NCBI GenBank assembly: GCA_035473255.1 | Contig: DATIOK010000055.1 | Coordinates: 1,924 to 65,923 of the forward strand | Direction: 5' to 3' | DNA length: 64,000 nucleotides | Origin: Gaiellales bacterium | GTDB lineage: Bacteria; Actinomycetota; Thermoleophilia; Gaiellales; JAICJC01 | In this document: positions 8,029-16,904 of the stretch, piece by piece | How positions within the stretch are numbered: position 1 is the first letter of the stretch | Layout: each line of letters begins with the position of its first letter | Notes under the pieces: generated by a model | Told to the model about the DNA's origin: nothing | What the model saw: the letters and a program-made list of their open reading frames with translations, nothing else | The model's database searches: none | Made by a program: the position numbers and the translations under genes

Positions 8029-9363
8029 TTAGTAGATCTCGACGTATTCGTTTCGTTCCCAGTCGGTGACGTGGTCATCGAAGCGGGACAGCTCGTGGCG
8101 CCGCATCACGCCGTATGCGGTGACGAAGTCGTCGCCCAGGGCGCCGGCGATCCGCACGTCCGCCTCGAGCGCCTCCAGCGACTCGCGCACCGAGGTCGGC
8201 AGCTTCGTCCGCGACTCGTCCTCCTCGGCCGGCGGATGCGCGGCCGGCTCCAGCTCGAGGCCGTCCTCGATCCCGTTCAGCCCGGCCGCCAGGATCGCCG
8301 CTCCCACCAGGTAGGGGTTCGACAAGCCGGTGGGAGCGCGGTGCTCGATGTGGCGCGACTCGGTCGTGCCGCCCTTGATCCGGATCAGCGCCGAGCGATC
8401 CTCCAGCCCCCAGGACACGTTGGTGGGGCTGAACGTGTGCGTGCGGCGGCGCTTCATGCAGTTGACCGTCGGAGCGAGCAGCGCATAGGTGGAAGCTGCG
8501 TGGCGCAGGTTGCCGGCGATGAAGCTGCGGCATGCGGCCGAGATCCCGGCCTCGTCCGACGCATCGCCGAACGCGTTGCCACCATCGGCGACATTCAGCA
8601 GGGACACATGCGTGTGCAGCCCCGAACCGGCCGAGTCGGCGAACGGCTTGCTCATGAACGTTGCCGTATAGCCGTTCATATGGGCGAGCTCCTTGACCGC
8701 GTTCTTGAACGAGAAGCAGCGGTCGGGGCCGCCCATGCCGCGCAACGGCAGGCACGGCAGCTCCCACTGCGAGCCCGCGTACTCGCAGTTGGCCGTGATC
8801 ACCTCGAGGCCGTAGGCGTTCAGCTGCTCGACCAGCTCCTGGATGAACGGCACGTACGTGTTCCGCGTGACGTTGAAGATGTGGTAGCCCTCGAACAGCA
8901 GCTCCTGGTCGGCGGTCAGCAGGTAGAACTCGGGCTCGTAGCCGATCAGCGGCTCGTAGCCGAGCGCACGCGCGCGCTCCAGCTGCTTGCGCCAAACCCG
9001 GCGCGGCAACGCCTCGAGCGGGGTGCCGTCAGCCCACGTCGAGTCGCAGATCCAGCGCGCGGTGGCCTCGCGCCAGGGCACCACCGCGGCCGTATCCAGA
9101 TCGGGCAACAGCAGCTGATCGCCGTATGCAACCTCCTCGTGATAGAGCGTCCCACCCACGACATCCGACCTGCTGTCCAGTACAGCAACGCCGCCGTACA
9201 TGTTCAGCCCCGACTCGGCGTAGCCGTAGGCGCGCTCGATCGGCACCATCTTGGAACGGCTGGTGCCGTGCATGTCGGGCAGCTCGAACCGCACGAAGCG
9301 GATCCCCTGGGCGCGCCATCCGTCGAGCACCTGGGCGGCGCCGGTCGTGGTGTCAGTGGCCAC
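8029..9363 (-). CDS. Glutamine synthetase family protein, probably a gamma-glutamyl-amine ligase (PuuA/GmaS-like)
   Basis: GYEPEFY, QWE, TFMSKP, GSGLHTHVSL, NRS-type EDRSALIR, IEHRAP; AAGGAGG RBS. Confidence 0.88.
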   Translation of the reverse strand: MATDTTTGAAQVLDGWRAQGIRFVRFELPDMHGTSRSKMVPIERAYGYAESGLNMYGGVAVLDSRSDVVGGTLYHEEVAYGDQLLLPDLDTAAVVPWREATARWICDSTWADGTPLEALPRRVWRKQLERARALGYEPLIGYEPEFYLLTADQELLFEGYHIFNVTRNTYVPFIQELVEQLNAYGLEVITANCEYAGSQWELPCLPLRGMGGPDRCFSFKNAVKELAHMNGYTATFMSKPFADSAGSGLHTHVSLLNVADGGNAFGDASDEAGISAACRSFIAGNLRHAASTYALLAPTVNCMKRRRTHTFSPTNVSWGLEDRSALIRIKGGTTESRHIEHRAPTGLSNPYLVGAAILAAGLNGIEDGLELEPAAHPPAEEDESRTKLPTSVRESLEALEADVRIAGALGDDFVTAYGVMRRHELSRFDDHVTDWERNEYVEIY

Positions 9364-9384
9364 CTATCCCCTCCTTCCCCACGC

Positions 9385-10167
9385 TCACCCTGACGGGGGC
9401 TCGGGGGTTCCGTTGTCCCAATGGCGAACCTGCAACCCGCGCGACGCCAGCTCACGCTCGAGTCCGGCAGCTCGACCAGCATCGCACACGCAGAGCACGC
9501 CGCCCTGGCGTCCGTCGTCACGACGGAGCGCCGCCGCGAAGCGCGACGCCGGCTGCAGGTGAACGCCGCCGCCCAGCGCCGGGTACGTGTCGCGGACAGT
9601 GACGACGGCGCCGCCGCGCCCGCGCTGAACCGCCACCGGATTGACGAAGTGACCCACCGCCCAGTCCGCCGCCGGGGCGTCGTCGGCGCCGGTGTCGAGG
9701 TGGCGCTGCACCTGCCCGCGATCCGCGGACGCGCCCCACAGCGCGCCGGTGTCGATGTTTGCGATCAGCGGCATCTGCGCGTCCAGCGAGACCAGATCGG
9801 CCGCCGTCTCGGCCGTCCACGGGCCGGCCACCGGCACCGCCGCCAGGCGGCCGCTCGACAGGTGCTCGATCGCGGTCGCCAGCCCCCGCCCCGACGTGCC
9901 GGACTGAGGCCTAGGCGCGAACGGCAGGTCAAGGCGGTAGTCCAGCCGCGACTCGACGCCCGCGAGCGGCGGTGGCTCCCCGCCCTCCGGCAGCAGCGTG
10001 CCCGACTCCAGCGCCACCAGATCCTGGTCAATCGCGTCCAGGCCGGCCGCGGTCAGCACCAGCGCGCCCCAGAACGCGCCGCACAGGTTGTCCTTCTGCG
10101 GCATCAGCACGCGGTGCAGCTCGGCGGTGCGCTCGGCCCAGTCAGTGACGACGGTCGTGCTGCTCAC
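9385..10167 (-). CDS. Hypothetical protein, possible papain-like Cys hydrolase
   Basis: QKDNLCG near the N-terminus, GHFV, and RDTYP; leaderless -10 TAGTCT 6 nt before GTG. Confidence 0.6.
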   Translation of the reverse strand: MSSTTVVTDWAERTAELHRVLMPQKDNLCGAFWGALVLTAAGLDAIDQDLVALESGTLLPEGGEPPPLAGVESRLDYRLDLPFAPRPQSGTSGRGLATAIEHLSSGRLAAVPVAGPWTAETAADLVSLDAQMPLIANIDTGALWGASADRGQVQRHLDTGADDAPAADWAVGHFVNPVAVQRGRGGAVVTVRDTYPALGGGVHLQPASRFAAALRRDDGRQGGVLCVCDAGRAAGLERELASRGLQVRHWDNGTPEPPSG

Positions 10168-10197
10168 GTGGCGAGACTATCGGAATCGCCCCCGATT

Positions 10198-10224
10198 CGC
10201 CTGTGTTCAAGGTGCACACAGGCG
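10198..10224. promoter_or_regulatory. Palindromic operator candidate between divergent genes
   Basis: CGCCTGTGT-N9-ACACAGGCG; a second palindrome GAATCG-N4-CGATTC at 10183-10198. Confidence 0.55.
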
Positions 10225-10239
10225 CGATATGCTCGCGCC

Positions 10240-11943
10240 ATGGTGCGGGTCGAGGAGCACGCGCGCGATCTCGAGGCGATCTCGGCCCTGGCCTCGCGCG
10301 TCAACTCCAGCCTCGACCTCGACCGCGTGCTGGAGGAGGCGATCGCGGTCTGCGCCGAGCTGACCCGCTGCCAGGGCGCGCTCGTCTACCTGTGGGACTC
10401 CGAGCAGGAGCGGCTGGTGGTGCGGGGCGCGATCGAGGGCTACACCGAGTGGATCGGGCGCTTCTCGCTGGGAATGGGCGAGGGCCTGACCGGCTGGACG
10501 GCGCTCACCCGCCAGGCGGGGATCATCACCGAGCGCCCGCTGGAGGATGCGCGGTACCGGTACGTGCCCGACCTGAACGACGAGCGCTTCCAGTCGGTGG
10601 CGACGGTGCCGGTGGTGGGCCGTTCCGGCCAGCTGCTGGGGGTGCTGACCCTGCACACCGAGGCGCCGCACGAGTTCAGCGAGTCCGATGTGACGATGCT
10701 GGAGACGATCGCCAGCCTCGTCGCAGGCGCGGTCGAGAACGCGCAGCTGCACGAGCGGGCGCTGCGCAGCGTGGACGTGTTCCGGCGGCTGGCCGACCTC
10801 TCGCACCGGATGACCTCGGCCAGCCCCCGCGAGACCATGCACCGCCTGGCGATCGCGACCATGGAGCTGCTGGACGGCTCGCTGGCAGCGCTGCTGCGGT
10901 TCGACCCGGGACGCGACCGGCTGCTGGTGGAGGCCTGGGCGTCGAGCGACCAGGCCCGCCTGGGCGGTGAGCCGATCGCAGCGACCGGCGCCTGGGCACG
11001 GCTGCTGGGCGGCGGACCGGTCAGCATCGCGCTGGACGACGCGCCCGAGCTGGCGCTGCACCCGCGGGCGCGCTCACTGTTCGCCGCTCCGGTGCGGCTG
11101 GAGGGCCGGCCCACCGGCGTGTTGCTCTGCTTCTCGAGCGAGCGGCGCGTTCTCTCGAGCGACAACACCGAGCTGATCGCGACCATCGCCAACCACGCCG
11201 CCCTGGCGCTCGAGGAGGACCGCCGGCGCGAGGCCGCGGCCCAGCGCACGCGCGCACGGCAGCTGTTCGAGGCGCTGCGAGCCGGCGAGTCGGTGCCGCT
11301 CGACCGGCCCCACGTGGTGGTGCTGGCAGAGGCCGCCGCGGGCGGCGATCCCGACCGGCTGTGGGGCGCGCTCGTCGAACAGCTCGCGGGCAGCTTCCCG
11401 CAGACCGTGATCGACGCCCGCGCCCACGAGCTTTCCGCGCTGGTCCCGATCGCCAGCGAGAGCTGGCGGCCGCGGCTCGAGCAGCTGCTGGCCCAGACGC
11501 TGCCCGCGGGTGCCGGCGCCGGGATCAGCGAGCCCGCCCGCGACGATCCCCAGACGGCCGTGCGTCAGGCCCGGATCGCCGCCACCATCGCCCGTGCCGG
11601 CGGCAGCGGCGTGCGCAGCTACCAGACGCTGGGCGCACAACGGCACCTGTGGACGATCTCCCGCGAGGGCGACCCCGACCCGCTGGAGCTGGCGCTGGTG
11701 CGCCTGCAGGAGACGGATGCCCGCCGCGGCAGCCAGCTGTTCCGGACGCTCGAGGTCTACCTCGAGCAGCATGGCAACGCGCGCCGTTCGGCCGAGGCGC
11801 TGTTCATCCACCGCAACACCCTCCGCCAGCGCCTGCGCAGGATCGGAGAGATCATCGACCGCGACGTGCGCGAGCCGGGCAGCTGGTTCGAGCTGGGGCT
11901 GGCCGTACGGCTGGTGCGGTTCCGGAGCACCGTGCAACCCTGA
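10240..11943 (+). CDS. GAF + PucR/CdaR-type transcriptional regulator
   Basis: Two GAF-like domains; C-terminal TLEVYLEQHGNARRSAEALFIHRNTLRQRL HTH; start ATG 10240. Confidence 0.9.
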   Translation: MVRVEEHARDLEAISALASRVNSSLDLDRVLEEAIAVCAELTRCQGALVYLWDSEQERLVVRGAIEGYTEWIGRFSLGMGEGLTGWTALTRQAGIITERPLEDARYRYVPDLNDERFQSVATVPVVGRSGQLLGVLTLHTEAPHEFSESDVTMLETIASLVAGAVENAQLHERALRSVDVFRRLADLSHRMTSASPRETMHRLAIATMELLDGSLAALLRFDPGRDRLLVEAWASSDQARLGGEPIAATGAWARLLGGGPVSIALDDAPELALHPRARSLFAAPVRLEGRPTGVLLCFSSERRVLSSDNTELIATIANHAALALEEDRRREAAAQRTRARQLFEALRAGESVPLDRPHVVVLAEAAAGGDPDRLWGALVEQLAGSFPQTVIDARAHELSALVPIASESWRPRLEQLLAQTLPAGAGAGISEPARDDPQTAVRQARIAATIARAGGSGVRSYQTLGAQRHLWTISREGDPDPLELALVRLQETDARRGSQLFRTLEVYLEQHGNARRSAEALFIHRNTLRQRLRRIGEIIDRDVREPGSWFELGLAVRLVRFRSTVQP

Positions 11944-11957
11944 CCCGAGGAGACGAG

Positions 11958-12638
11958 ATGCCCGAGTTCATCTTCATGCTGACCCGAGACGACAAAACGA
12001 TCCCGGACGCTCAGGCGGTGTTTGCAGAGGTGGCAACGGTGGGCGTCACCCACGTCGGCTGCAAGGACATCGGCCTGCCCGAGGCGGAGCTGGCGGCGTT
12101 CCTGCACTCAGCCCGCTCGGCCGGGGCGACCACCCACCTCGAGGTGGTGTCCGCCACGCCCGAAGACGAGCTGCGCTCGGCCGAGGCGGCGATGCGGGTG
12201 CACCCCGACTACCTGATCGGCGGAACGCAGGTGCGGGACGTGCAGCGCATCATCGAGGGGTCGGGGATGCGCTACTTCCCCTACATCGGCCGCATCGTCG
12301 GCCATCCCTGCCTGCTGCGGGGGACGATCGACGAGATCTGCGAGGACGCGCGCCGCGTCGAGGCGCAGGGCGTGGACGGGATCAACCTGCTTGCATACCG
12401 CTACGACGGCGACGTCGCCGAGCTGGTGCGGCGGGTGTCGGAGACCACCAGCCTGCCCCTGATCTGCGCCGGCTCGGTCGACTCGGTGGCGCGGATCGAG
12501 CAGCTGTCGGCGCTTGGCGTGTGGGCCTTTACGGTCGGGACGGCCGCTCTCAACGGCGAGTTCGTGCCGGGCGGCGACCTGGCCGCCCAGCTGACGGCGA
12601 TCCTGGGCGCCGCGCGGGGTGCAGCCCACGCCGGATGA
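11958..12638 (+). CDS. Ribulose-phosphate-binding TIM-barrel protein of unknown activity
   Basis: About 226 aa alternating beta/alpha; C-terminal CAGSV and TVGTA phosphate-binding-like loops; GAGGAG RBS. Confidence 0.6.
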   Translation: MPEFIFMLTRDDKTIPDAQAVFAEVATVGVTHVGCKDIGLPEAELAAFLHSARSAGATTHLEVVSATPEDELRSAEAAMRVHPDYLIGGTQVRDVQRIIEGSGMRYFPYIGRIVGHPCLLRGTIDEICEDARRVEAQGVDGINLLAYRYDGDVAELVRRVSETTSLPLICAGSVDSVARIEQLSALGVWAFTVGTAALNGEFVPGGDLAAQLTAILGAARGAAHAG

Positions 12639-12687
12639 GCCGCGGGGCAGGCCCGGGCCGGCGGTTTCACGATACGATCAGCCGCGC

Positions 12688-13740
12688 ATGAGGGCGGCGA
12701 TATGGGACGGGCCGGGTGAGATGCACCTGGGCGAAGTCGCGGACGCGACCTGCCCCAGCGACGGCTGCCTGCTGCGCGTGACCGCCTGCGGCATCTGCGG
12801 CACCGACGTGCGTACCTTCTTCAACGGCGACCGGCGGATCCGGCCGGGCGCGGTGCTCGGGCATGAGATCTGCGGCGAGGTGCTCCAGATCGGGCCGGAC
12901 GCCGGTGCCGACCTGGCGGCGGCCGTAGGCGACGTGGTGCACGTGATCTCGACGCTCTACTGCGGCCACTGCAGCCTCTGCCGCGGCGGCAACGAGCACC
13001 TCTGCCAGAACGGCGGCCTTATGGGCTTCGACTACCAGGGCGCCTACACCGAGCTGGTCGCGGTGCCGCAGGTCGCGCTGAAGAACGTGTTCGTGCTGCC
13101 CGACGGCCTGGACTCGGTGCACGCCACGTTCGCCGACCCGCTCTCGGATGCGATCTGCGGCCACAAGGACCTTGACATCGGGCTCGAGCAGCACGTGGTC
13201 GTGATCGGCGCCGGCCCGGTCGGCACCGCGCACGTGGCGCTGGCGCTGGCGCAGGGCGCCGACCTGGTCTACCTGCTCGAGACCTCGGCCGGCCGCCTGG
13301 ATCTGGCTCGCGGCGTGCTGAACGACGCGAACGTGCGCTACGTCGACACCACCGGCATCGATCCCGTGCAGTTCATCAAGGACGAGACCGGCGACGGAGC
13401 CGACCGCGTGATCGTGGCCTGCTCGAACGTGCAGGCGCAGGAGCAGGCCATGGAGATGGCGGCGCCGCGGGGCCGGGTGCTGTACTTCGGCGGGCTGCCG
13501 AAGGGCACGACCACGATCGCCTTCCCCTCCAACGTGCTGCACTACCGCGAGGTGGCGGTGCTCGGCAGCTACGCCTCGCGACACCGCGACCAGGTGCAGG
13601 CGCTGGAGATGCTGCGCCGCAACACCCACAACATCCGCGGGGTCGTGTCGGATGTCGTCTCGCTGGACGACACCGCGGCGGCCTTTCAGCGCATCCGCTC
13701 GGGTGAGGCGCTGAAGGTGGTCGTCACCCCGAACGGCTGA
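12688..13740 (+). CDS. Zn-dependent alcohol/polyol dehydrogenase (MDR family)
   Basis: CGICGTD, GHE, structural Zn CGHCSLCRGGNEHLC, GAGPVG. Confidence 0.92.
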   Translation: MRAAIWDGPGEMHLGEVADATCPSDGCLLRVTACGICGTDVRTFFNGDRRIRPGAVLGHEICGEVLQIGPDAGADLAAAVGDVVHVISTLYCGHCSLCRGGNEHLCQNGGLMGFDYQGAYTELVAVPQVALKNVFVLPDGLDSVHATFADPLSDAICGHKDLDIGLEQHVVVIGAGPVGTAHVALALAQGADLVYLLETSAGRLDLARGVLNDANVRYVDTTGIDPVQFIKDETGDGADRVIVACSNVQAQEQAMEMAAPRGRVLYFGGLPKGTTTIAFPSNVLHYREVAVLGSYASRHRDQVQALEMLRRNTHNIRGVVSDVVSLDDTAAAFQRIRSGEALKVVVTPNG

Positions 13741-13743
13741 CGC

Positions 13744-15231
13744 GTGGAGCTGGTCTGCGGCATCGACGTCGGCTCGCAGGGGTCATGCCTGTCGGTGTTC
13801 GATGCGGGCGGGGAACGGCTGGCCACCACGTACCAGCCGCACCCGCTGCGCTATCCGCGGCCGGGCTGGGTGGAGCAGGACCCGCGCGACTGGCGGGCGG
13901 CGCTGGTGAACGGGTTCCGCGACCTGTCGGCACGGGTGAACCTGCGCCGCGTGCGGGCGATCTCGTTCGGCTCGCAGCTGGACGGGCTGGTCTGCGTCGA
14001 TGCCAACGCGCAGCCGGTGGGCCCGGCGATCATCTGGATGGACCGGCGTGCCGACCCGCTCTGCCGCCAGGCCGAGGCCCGGGTCGGCGCCGACGAGTGG
14101 TACCGGCGCTCGGGCTGCAACCTGGACGGGTCGCACGTGGCCGCGAAGCTGGCCTGGGTCGCGCAGGAGCGCCCCGACGACTACGCGCGCACGGCACGGG
14201 CGCTGCTTCCCGGCTCCTACATGGTGCGCGTTGCCTGCGGAGCCGACGCGGTCGACCGCTCGAATGCGTCCTCGACGATGCTGCTCGATCCGGACACCGG
14301 CAGCTGGGACACCACCCTGCTCGGCGCGTTCGGCATCGACGTCGGGTTGCTGCCGCCGGTCGTATCGGCCGATGCGGTGCTCGGTACCGTCAGCTCCGGC
14401 TTCGCCGACGCCACCGGGCTTGGCGAGAAGGCGCTGGTGATCTGCGGCTGCGGCGACGAGATGGCCGCCACGCTGGGCGCCGGCCTGGCCGAGCCGGGCG
14501 CGGTCTGCGACGTGCTCGGCACCGCGGAGCCGGTGTGCGCCGTCAGCGACCGGCCGCTGCGTGACCCGGGGCGCGTGGCCGAGTGCCACCCCCACGCCGC
14601 GCCCGGCCGCTGGCTGCTCGAGAACCCGGGCTGGGCGAGCGGCGCCAACTACCGCTGGTTCCGCGACGAGCTGGGCGGCGGCGCCGACTACGAGGCTCTC
14701 AACCGGGCGGCCGAGGCGGTGCCGGCGGCCAGCGAGGGGCTGGTGTTCCTGCCCTGGATGGGCGGTGCCATGGCGCCCCGCTGGGAGGCGGACGCACGCG
14801 GCGCCTGGTACGGCCTGACGCCGGCGCACGGACGCGGCCACCTGGTGCGGGCGCTGCTCGAGGGCTCGGCCTACGCCTTGCGCGACGTCGTCGAGGCGAT
14901 CACCGCGGCCGGCCTCGGCTGCCAGCGCGTGGTCTGCGTGGCCGGCGGCGCGCGCTCGGCCCTGGTGCGTCAGATGCGGGCCGACGTGACCGGGCTGCCG
15001 GTCGGCTACAGCGAGGACGTCGAGACCACCTCCCGGGGGGCCGCGATGCTGGCCGCGGCGGGCGGCGAGCTGCACGCGGACGTTCCCGCCGCCGCAGCCG
15101 CGATGTGCCGGCTGGCGTCCGAGCAGCACCATCCCGACCCGGATGCGGCGGCCGCCTACGAGCAGGGCTACCGCCGCTACCGGCTGCTGTTCGACGCGCT
15201 GGCGCCCGCCTTCGCCGACCTGGCACGGTGA
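13744..15231 (+). CDS. FGGY carbohydrate kinase (xylulokinase-like)
   Basis: GIDVGSQG, WVEQDP, IIWMDRRA, CGDEMAA, RALLEG, GGARS. Confidence 0.92.
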   Translation: MELVCGIDVGSQGSCLSVFDAGGERLATTYQPHPLRYPRPGWVEQDPRDWRAALVNGFRDLSARVNLRRVRAISFGSQLDGLVCVDANAQPVGPAIIWMDRRADPLCRQAEARVGADEWYRRSGCNLDGSHVAAKLAWVAQERPDDYARTARALLPGSYMVRVACGADAVDRSNASSTMLLDPDTGSWDTTLLGAFGIDVGLLPPVVSADAVLGTVSSGFADATGLGEKALVICGCGDEMAATLGAGLAEPGAVCDVLGTAEPVCAVSDRPLRDPGRVAECHPHAAPGRWLLENPGWASGANYRWFRDELGGGADYEALNRAAEAVPAASEGLVFLPWMGGAMAPRWEADARGAWYGLTPAHGRGHLVRALLEGSAYALRDVVEAITAAGLGCQRVVCVAGGARSALVRQMRADVTGLPVGYSEDVETTSRGAAMLAAAGGELHADVPAAAAAMCRLASEQHHPDPDAAAAYEQGYRRYRLLFDALAPAFADLAR

Positions 15232-15240
15232 GCGGCAGGG

Positions 15241-15284
15241 TGTGCAGCCTGCACATCGCGCACCGGGCGGCGAACGCGTAAGGT
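15241..15284 (+). promoter_or_regulatory. Internal promoter for the glxBCD-BMC operon
   Basis: Perfect palindrome TGTGCAG-C-CTGCACA (15241-15255) and -10-like TAAGGT (15279-15284), 7 nt before ATG 15292. Confidence 0.5.
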
Positions 15285-15291
15285 CGCACGC

Positions 15292-16206
15292 ATGTGCGGC
15301 ATCGCCGGATTCCTTGCAAAGCGTGACGGCGTCGACGTCGCCGCCACGCTGACCGCGATGCTCGCCGCGCTGCGCGGCCGCGGGCCGGACTCGACCGGCA
15401 TGTCGCTCTACGGCGCGCCCTTCCAGGGCGACCTGGTGGCCTCGGCCTGGGCCGGCGAGGCGGGCGGCGAGGCCACGCGCGGGGCGGTCTCGGACGGCGT
15501 CTCGAAGGCCGGGTTCGAGCTGTCCGACCAGCAGTACCGAGACGGCTACTGGCGGCTGGGGCTGGCGAACGGCGGCGACGGCGACGTCGCGGCGTTGGCC
15601 GATGCGATCGAGCGCAGCGCACCCGGCGTGCGGGTGTTCTCGGTCGGCACCTCGCTGGAGTTGCTCAAGCACACGTCCGACGCCCGCGAGCTGGCGCAGC
15701 GGTTCGGCGTGCTGGGATCGACCTACAGTCACGCGATCGGCCACGCCCGGATGGCGACCGAGTCGCGCGTCGACGTGAACCACTCGCACCCGTTCTGGGC
15801 GCGGCCGTTCCCGGACGTGACCGTCGTCCACAACGGCCACGTCACCAACTACTACAAGAACCGGCGCCTGTTCGAGATGCGCGGCCACCGTTTTCAGACC
15901 GGCAACGACACCGAGTTCGTGGCGGTGTACCTGGCCGACCGGATGGCGGCCGGCGTGCCGCTGGACGAGGCCGTGCGCGACTCCATCGACGACCTGGACG
16001 GATCCTTCACCTACCTGGTGTCGACCGCCGATGGCTTCGGCGTGGCGCGCGACCGCTTCTCCACCAAGCCCTGCCTGGTCGCCGAGACCGACGACTGGGT
16101 GGCCGTCGTCAGCGAGGGCATCGCCCTGGCCGAGGCGTTCGGCGACGGCGCCGACTTCGACACCTACGAGCTGGCGGGCGGCGAGGCGCGGGCATGGACA
16201 CGCTAG
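15292..16206 (+). CDS. glxB: Class II glutamine amidotransferase subunit, N-methylglutamate synthase A-like
   Basis: N-terminal MCGI, RGPDS, HARMATES, HSHPF, VHNG, DTE; first gene of a GATase/GXGXG/FMN trio. Confidence 0.88.
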   Translation: MCGIAGFLAKRDGVDVAATLTAMLAALRGRGPDSTGMSLYGAPFQGDLVASAWAGEAGGEATRGAVSDGVSKAGFELSDQQYRDGYWRLGLANGGDGDVAALADAIERSAPGVRVFSVGTSLELLKHTSDARELAQRFGVLGSTYSHAIGHARMATESRVDVNHSHPFWARPFPDVTVVHNGHVTNYYKNRRLFEMRGHRFQTGNDTEFVAVYLADRMAAGVPLDEAVRDSIDDLDGSFTYLVSTADGFGVARDRFSTKPCLVAETDDWVAVVSEGIALAEAFGDGADFDTYELAGGEARAWTR

Positions 16207-16904
16207 CGCCGGCCACGCTGGACGCACACGGCCTCAGCACCCGCGAGATCAACGAGCGCCTGCGGGAGCTGTTGGAGGACGGCGCCGGGCCGGTGGACGT
16301 GCTGCACCCGGGCTCGCGGCACAGCCTGGCGGTGGGATTTCTCGACCACCCGGGCGCGGCCATCCGGTTCCGCGGCGACGTCGGCTACTTCTGCGGCGGC
16401 CTCTCCGACGGACTGGACGTTGCCATCGACGGCAACGCCGGCTGGTCGCTGGGCGCCGACATGATGGACGGCAGCATCGTGGTGGGCGGGAACAGCGGCA
16501 GCTCGACCGGAGCATCGATGCGCGGCGGTCTGGTGGTCGTCAAGGGAGACGCGGGCGCGCGGTCGGCGATCGCCGGCAAGGGCGGCACGCTGGTGATCGG
16601 CGGCTCGACCGGCTACATGTCCGGGTTCATGAACCAGCGCACGCGGCTGGTGGTGTGCGGTGACGCAGGGCCCGGGTTCGGCGACTCGATGTATGAGGGG
16701 GAGCTGTTCTGCGGCGGCCGCATCGCCGAGCTGGGCTCGGACACGGTCTGCGAGCCACCGTCCGCCGAGGAGCTGGCCTGGCTGGCCGACCTGTGCCGCG
16801 GCCACGGCCTGGCGCCCGCCGGCGAGTGGCAGAAGGTACGCTCGGCCGGGAAGCTGTGGCGCTACGACAAGAAGGAGTTCTCGATCTGGCGGGACGCGCT
16901 GTGA
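16194..16904 (+). CDS. glxC: GXGXG-repeat (GltB C-terminal-like) subunit, N-methylglutamate synthase B-like
   Basis: Beta-helix glycine repeats (GNAGWSLG, GNSGSSTG, GDAGARS, GDAGPGFG). Confidence 0.88.
   Translation: MDTLAPATLDAHGLSTREINERLRELLEDGAGPVDVLHPGSRHSLAVGFLDHPGAAIRFRGDVGYFCGGLSDGLDVAIDGNAGWSLGADMMDGSIVVGGNSGSSTGASMRGGLVVVKGDAGARSAIAGKGGTLVIGGSTGYMSGFMNQRTRLVVCGDAGPGFGDSMYEGELFCGGRIAELGSDTVCEPPSAEELAWLADLCRGHGLAPAGEWQKVRSAGKLWRYDKKEFSIWRDAL

Noticed and set aside
13783-16227. 814-aa minus-strand ORF, and similar long antisense ORFs (7357-9393, 9421-10239 extension, 32771-33751, 52803-53963)
   Set aside because: Shadow ORFs opposite well-supported genes, expected at high GC; no motifs
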